From a virus (lineage: Duplodnaviria > Caudoviricetes): a stretch of 55,965 bases of DNA. Positions 53,529 through 55,965 of the stretch are shown piece after piece. A program made the position numbers and the translations under genes. Each line of letters starts with the position of its first letter. The stretch's first letter is position 1. The stretch spans positions 1-55,965 of IMG/VR virus record IMGVR_UViG_3300012952_004103; one strand, 5' to 3'. The notes beneath the pieces are model-generated. The model saw nothing but the letters and a program-made list of their open reading frames with translations. It made no database searches and was not told where the DNA came from.

Positions 53529-55394
53529 ATGAGTCGCGTAAAGCAAAAAATAAATAATCAAATTAAAAAGAATAGAAACCGCTCTTATATAGCCAGGGAT
53601 TTTGATTCATTCAGGGCTGAGTTGTATGATTACGCTAAATCCTATTTTGGTGACAAGATACGTGACTTCAGCGAAGCCTCTGTTGGTGGGCTATTCTTAG
53701 ATATGGCAGCCATGGTAGGTGACACAATGTCATTCTACTTAGATCACCAATTTAATGAGCTAAATTGGGAGACTGCAGTAGAGACCAAGAATATTCACCG
53801 CCACCTCCGCGCGGCTGGTGTTAGGCAGCGGGGGGTTAGCCCTGCGGTTGTTACAGTTAAGTTTACTGCATTTGTCCCATCAAGAATTGAGGATGGAGAA
53901 TATGTCCCCCACCAAGGCCTATTGCCGACTATAGGCGAAGGTACTGTTGTCGCCGGCGGAGGCGTCACATTTGTAACTGTAGAAGATTTATTTATGTGGG
54001 AAAAGGACAGGACCGGTAACTTAATAGCTGGTTCGACAGTGTTCGAGTCTGATGAGAATGGTAACCCTTCCATATTTGAGGTTCAAAGAGAAGTAGTATG
54101 CATATCTGGTAAGGAAGCGACTGAGACGTTTAATATAACGGGTGGCCATAAACCATTTAGGAAAATATCGTTAGCCAGGCAAAGCGTTACTGAGATTCTG
54201 CAAGTAACAGACTCAGGTGGGAATGAATACTATCAGGTTGAGTCGCTTTCCCAAGATACTGTGTTTAGAGGTATCGTTAACATGGACGACGATTATGAAC
54301 TAGTTGAAAGTAATTTAGAGATTGTACCGGCACCTTATAGGTTTATTGTATTACCCAATGTAACAACAAAGACAACAAAGTTGCAGTTTGGTGGAGGGGA
54401 TGCCGACTCCCTAGACGACGATATAATTCCAGACCCTAGTGATTTATCATTACCACTTTACGGAAAGACGATGTTTTCACGCTTTTCTATCGACCCAAGC
54501 TCAATGCTGGAGACACAGACACTGGGAATGGCTCCAAAAAATACAACATTGAAAATTCGGTACCGATTCGGTGGTGGCTTAAATCATAATGTCCAACCGG
54601 GTAGGATTAGATCAGTAACAACACTCCACATTCAGTGGCCAATGTTAGAGAACCCTTCACCCGAAGAATTAGTTGACATGAGGACGATGAAGACAAAACT
54701 TAAGGTGACCAATGAATATGCTGCAGCCGGTGGCGCAGCAGCTCCTGATATAGAGGACCTAAGGGCCCAAATCCCTGCAGTACGCTCGATGCAGTCTAGG
54801 ATTGTAAGTAAAGAAGACTTGTTAGCGCGACTATACACAATGCCATCATCATTTGGGCGCGTATTCAGGGCCGGGATACATCAGAACCCGAATAACCCCT
54901 TAGCTGCCGAACTATATATTACATGCCAAGATAGGAAGAGACAATTGTGCACAGCACCTGATAGTCTCAAGAAGAACCTCCGTACATATCTAAATGAATT
55001 TAGGCTAATATCTGATGCCATCGAAATCTTAGATGCACAAATCATAAACTTCAGGGTAGACTTTGATGTAGTAGTTAACCCAAAGTATAATAAGATAATG
55101 GTCATTCAGCAAATCATTGCCAAGCTTAAGGCAGCTTTAGATATTAAAATGTTTCAGATTGATCAGCCGATTATCTTGGTTGACCTAATGAATATTATCA
55201 TTAATACTGACGGGGTGTTAACGATGACCAGTATTAATGTTACGACAATGCGTGGTGTTATTGAAGACAGACTATATAGCGGGATGAGTTTTGATGTTGA
55301 TTCAAACACTGCAAAGGGGCTGATCGTAGGCCCTCCTGGCTCAATATTTGAGCTTAGGTATCCCAAATATGATATTGTTGGAAATGCATCTTAA
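53529..55394 (+). CDS. Baseplate wedge protein, gp6 / baseplate-J-like
   Basis: RDFDSFR.EL, DFSEAS.G, SFYLD.QFNE, LQFGGG, AAGG...IEDLR and QSRIVSKED. Confidence 0.88.
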   Translation: MSRVKQKINNQIKKNRNRSYIARDFDSFRAELYDYAKSYFGDKIRDFSEASVGGLFLDMAAMVGDTMSFYLDHQFNELNWETAVETKNIHRHLRAAGVRQRGVSPAVVTVKFTAFVPSRIEDGEYVPHQGLLPTIGEGTVVAGGGVTFVTVEDLFMWEKDRTGNLIAGSTVFESDENGNPSIFEVQREVVCISGKEATETFNITGGHKPFRKISLARQSVTEILQVTDSGGNEYYQVESLSQDTVFRGIVNMDDDYELVESNLEIVPAPYRFIVLPNVTTKTTKLQFGGGDADSLDDDIIPDPSDLSLPLYGKTMFSRFSIDPSSMLETQTLGMAPKNTTLKIRYRFGGGLNHNVQPGRIRSVTTLHIQWPMLENPSPEELVDMRTMKTKLKVTNEYAAAGGAAAPDIEDLRAQIPAVRSMQSRIVSKEDLLARLYTMPSSFGRVFRAGIHQNPNNPLAAELYITCQDRKRQLCTAPDSLKKNLRTYLNEFRLISDAIEILDAQIINFRVDFDVVVNPKYNKIMVIQQIIAKLKAALDIKMFQIDQPIILVDLMNIIINTDGVLTMTSINVTTMRGVIEDRLYSGMSFDVDSNTAKGLIVGPPGSIFELRYPKYDIVGNAS

Positions 55395-55408
55395 GGAGTT
55401 TATAGAGA

Positions 55409-55965
55409 ATGTACTTAAACATAACCGCTAGCAAAGACACCTATATTCAAAATAAGATTTTAAGTAATAGGTTTAGAACATCTGATGCCAACGTTGGTCA
55501 GGCTGGTACCCTAGATTTATTTAAGCTTTATGGAGAGTCATCGTTGCCTACCCTAGAGGCCGTTAATCAAAGCGAAGTAGTAACAATAGTGCTTCCTGAT
55601 CATGACGGAGACTCAGAGAACTTAGATGGCCTTTATTTCATAGTGTATGATGATGCCGACATAAAGTATTATGTTTGGTTTGATGTAGATGAGTCAGGAA
55701 ATGATCCAGCTGTTGTGGGTGCGACAGGTATCCAGGTATCTGTTACGACGACTGATGAAGATGGGGGTGCAAAAGAAACAATCGCATCTACCCTAACCGC
55801 TGCACTAGATCTATTAGCACCATTCTCTGCTACAAATAAAGGTTCCGGTGAGGTTGAGTTAACCGTTGATGAACCTGGTCCCGTCAAGAATACGTCGTCC
55901 GGTACCATCGATAATTCGAATTTCTCGATTAACGTGACGCAAAAAGGCAATAAAGCTGGAACTTA
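55409..55965 (+). CDS. Virion structural protein, partial (runs off window end; not in ORF track)
   Basis: AAGGAG SD. Starts MYLNITASKDTYIQNKILSNRFRTSDANVGQAGTLDLFKLYGES and appears open to the window end. Confidence 0.7.
   Translation, partial: MYLNITASKDTYIQNKILSNRFRTSDANVGQAGTLDLFKLYGESSLPTLEAVNQSEVVTIVLPDHDGDSENLDGLYFIVYDDADIKYYVWFDVDESGNDPAVVGATGIQVSVTTTDEDGGAKETIASTLTAALDLLAPFSATNKGSGEVELTVDEPGPVKNTSSGTIDNSNFSINVTQKGNKAGT

Noticed and set aside
1-55965. Stop-codon reassignment, as seen in some large phages
   Set aside because: Conserved genes are full-length in the standard code, and TAG, TGA and TAA all end genes at sensible boundaries.
1-55965. Bacterial chromosome origin, given tmRNA, CCA enzyme, prkA operon and sugar genes
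   Set aside because: These genes are interleaved with baseplate, tail-fibre and gp55-like genes and dense small ORFs, and no ribosomal or core metabolic operons are present. A large phage fits better.

Overview
This window looks like part of a large, probably jumbo, myovirus genome read in the standard genetic code, with almost all genes on the + strand. From 1 to 5.6 kb it holds the 3' end of a RadA/Sms-like ATPase, many small ORFs (several with SH3/KOW-like 'GD(L/V)V' starts) and a GC-rich repeat element. A 1454-aa acidic virion/adhesin-like protein, Hsp20 and three protease-like genes follow. Next come tRNA-Thr and tRNA-Asn, a cytidylyltransferase, a DinG/XPD helicase, a HAD / RelA-SpoT-type HD / NUDIX / CCA-adding enzyme block and a yeaH-spoVR-prkA block. 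From 25 to 31.5 kb lie a degenerate chaperonin, an RNase H-like protein, an Hc1-like protein, a tmRNA, a tubulin/FtsZ-family protein, a stand-alone sigma region-4 protein and PIN-PhoH. The rest carries large tail-fibre genes, an origin-like repeat spacer, a glycosylation cluster with a Cas4-like nuclease, a gp55-like sigma factor and baseplate genes. The best candidate for a new system is a short amphipathic 'LRxxIxE' helix appended to at least seven unrelated proteins, including all four nucleotide/tRNA enzymes. Several of these genes sit behind the TANTTA motif that also precedes structural genes, suggesting a capsid-targeting tag for a pre-packaged counter-defence enzyme kit. That reading is inference. 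All calls come from motif recognition by eye; no searches were run.
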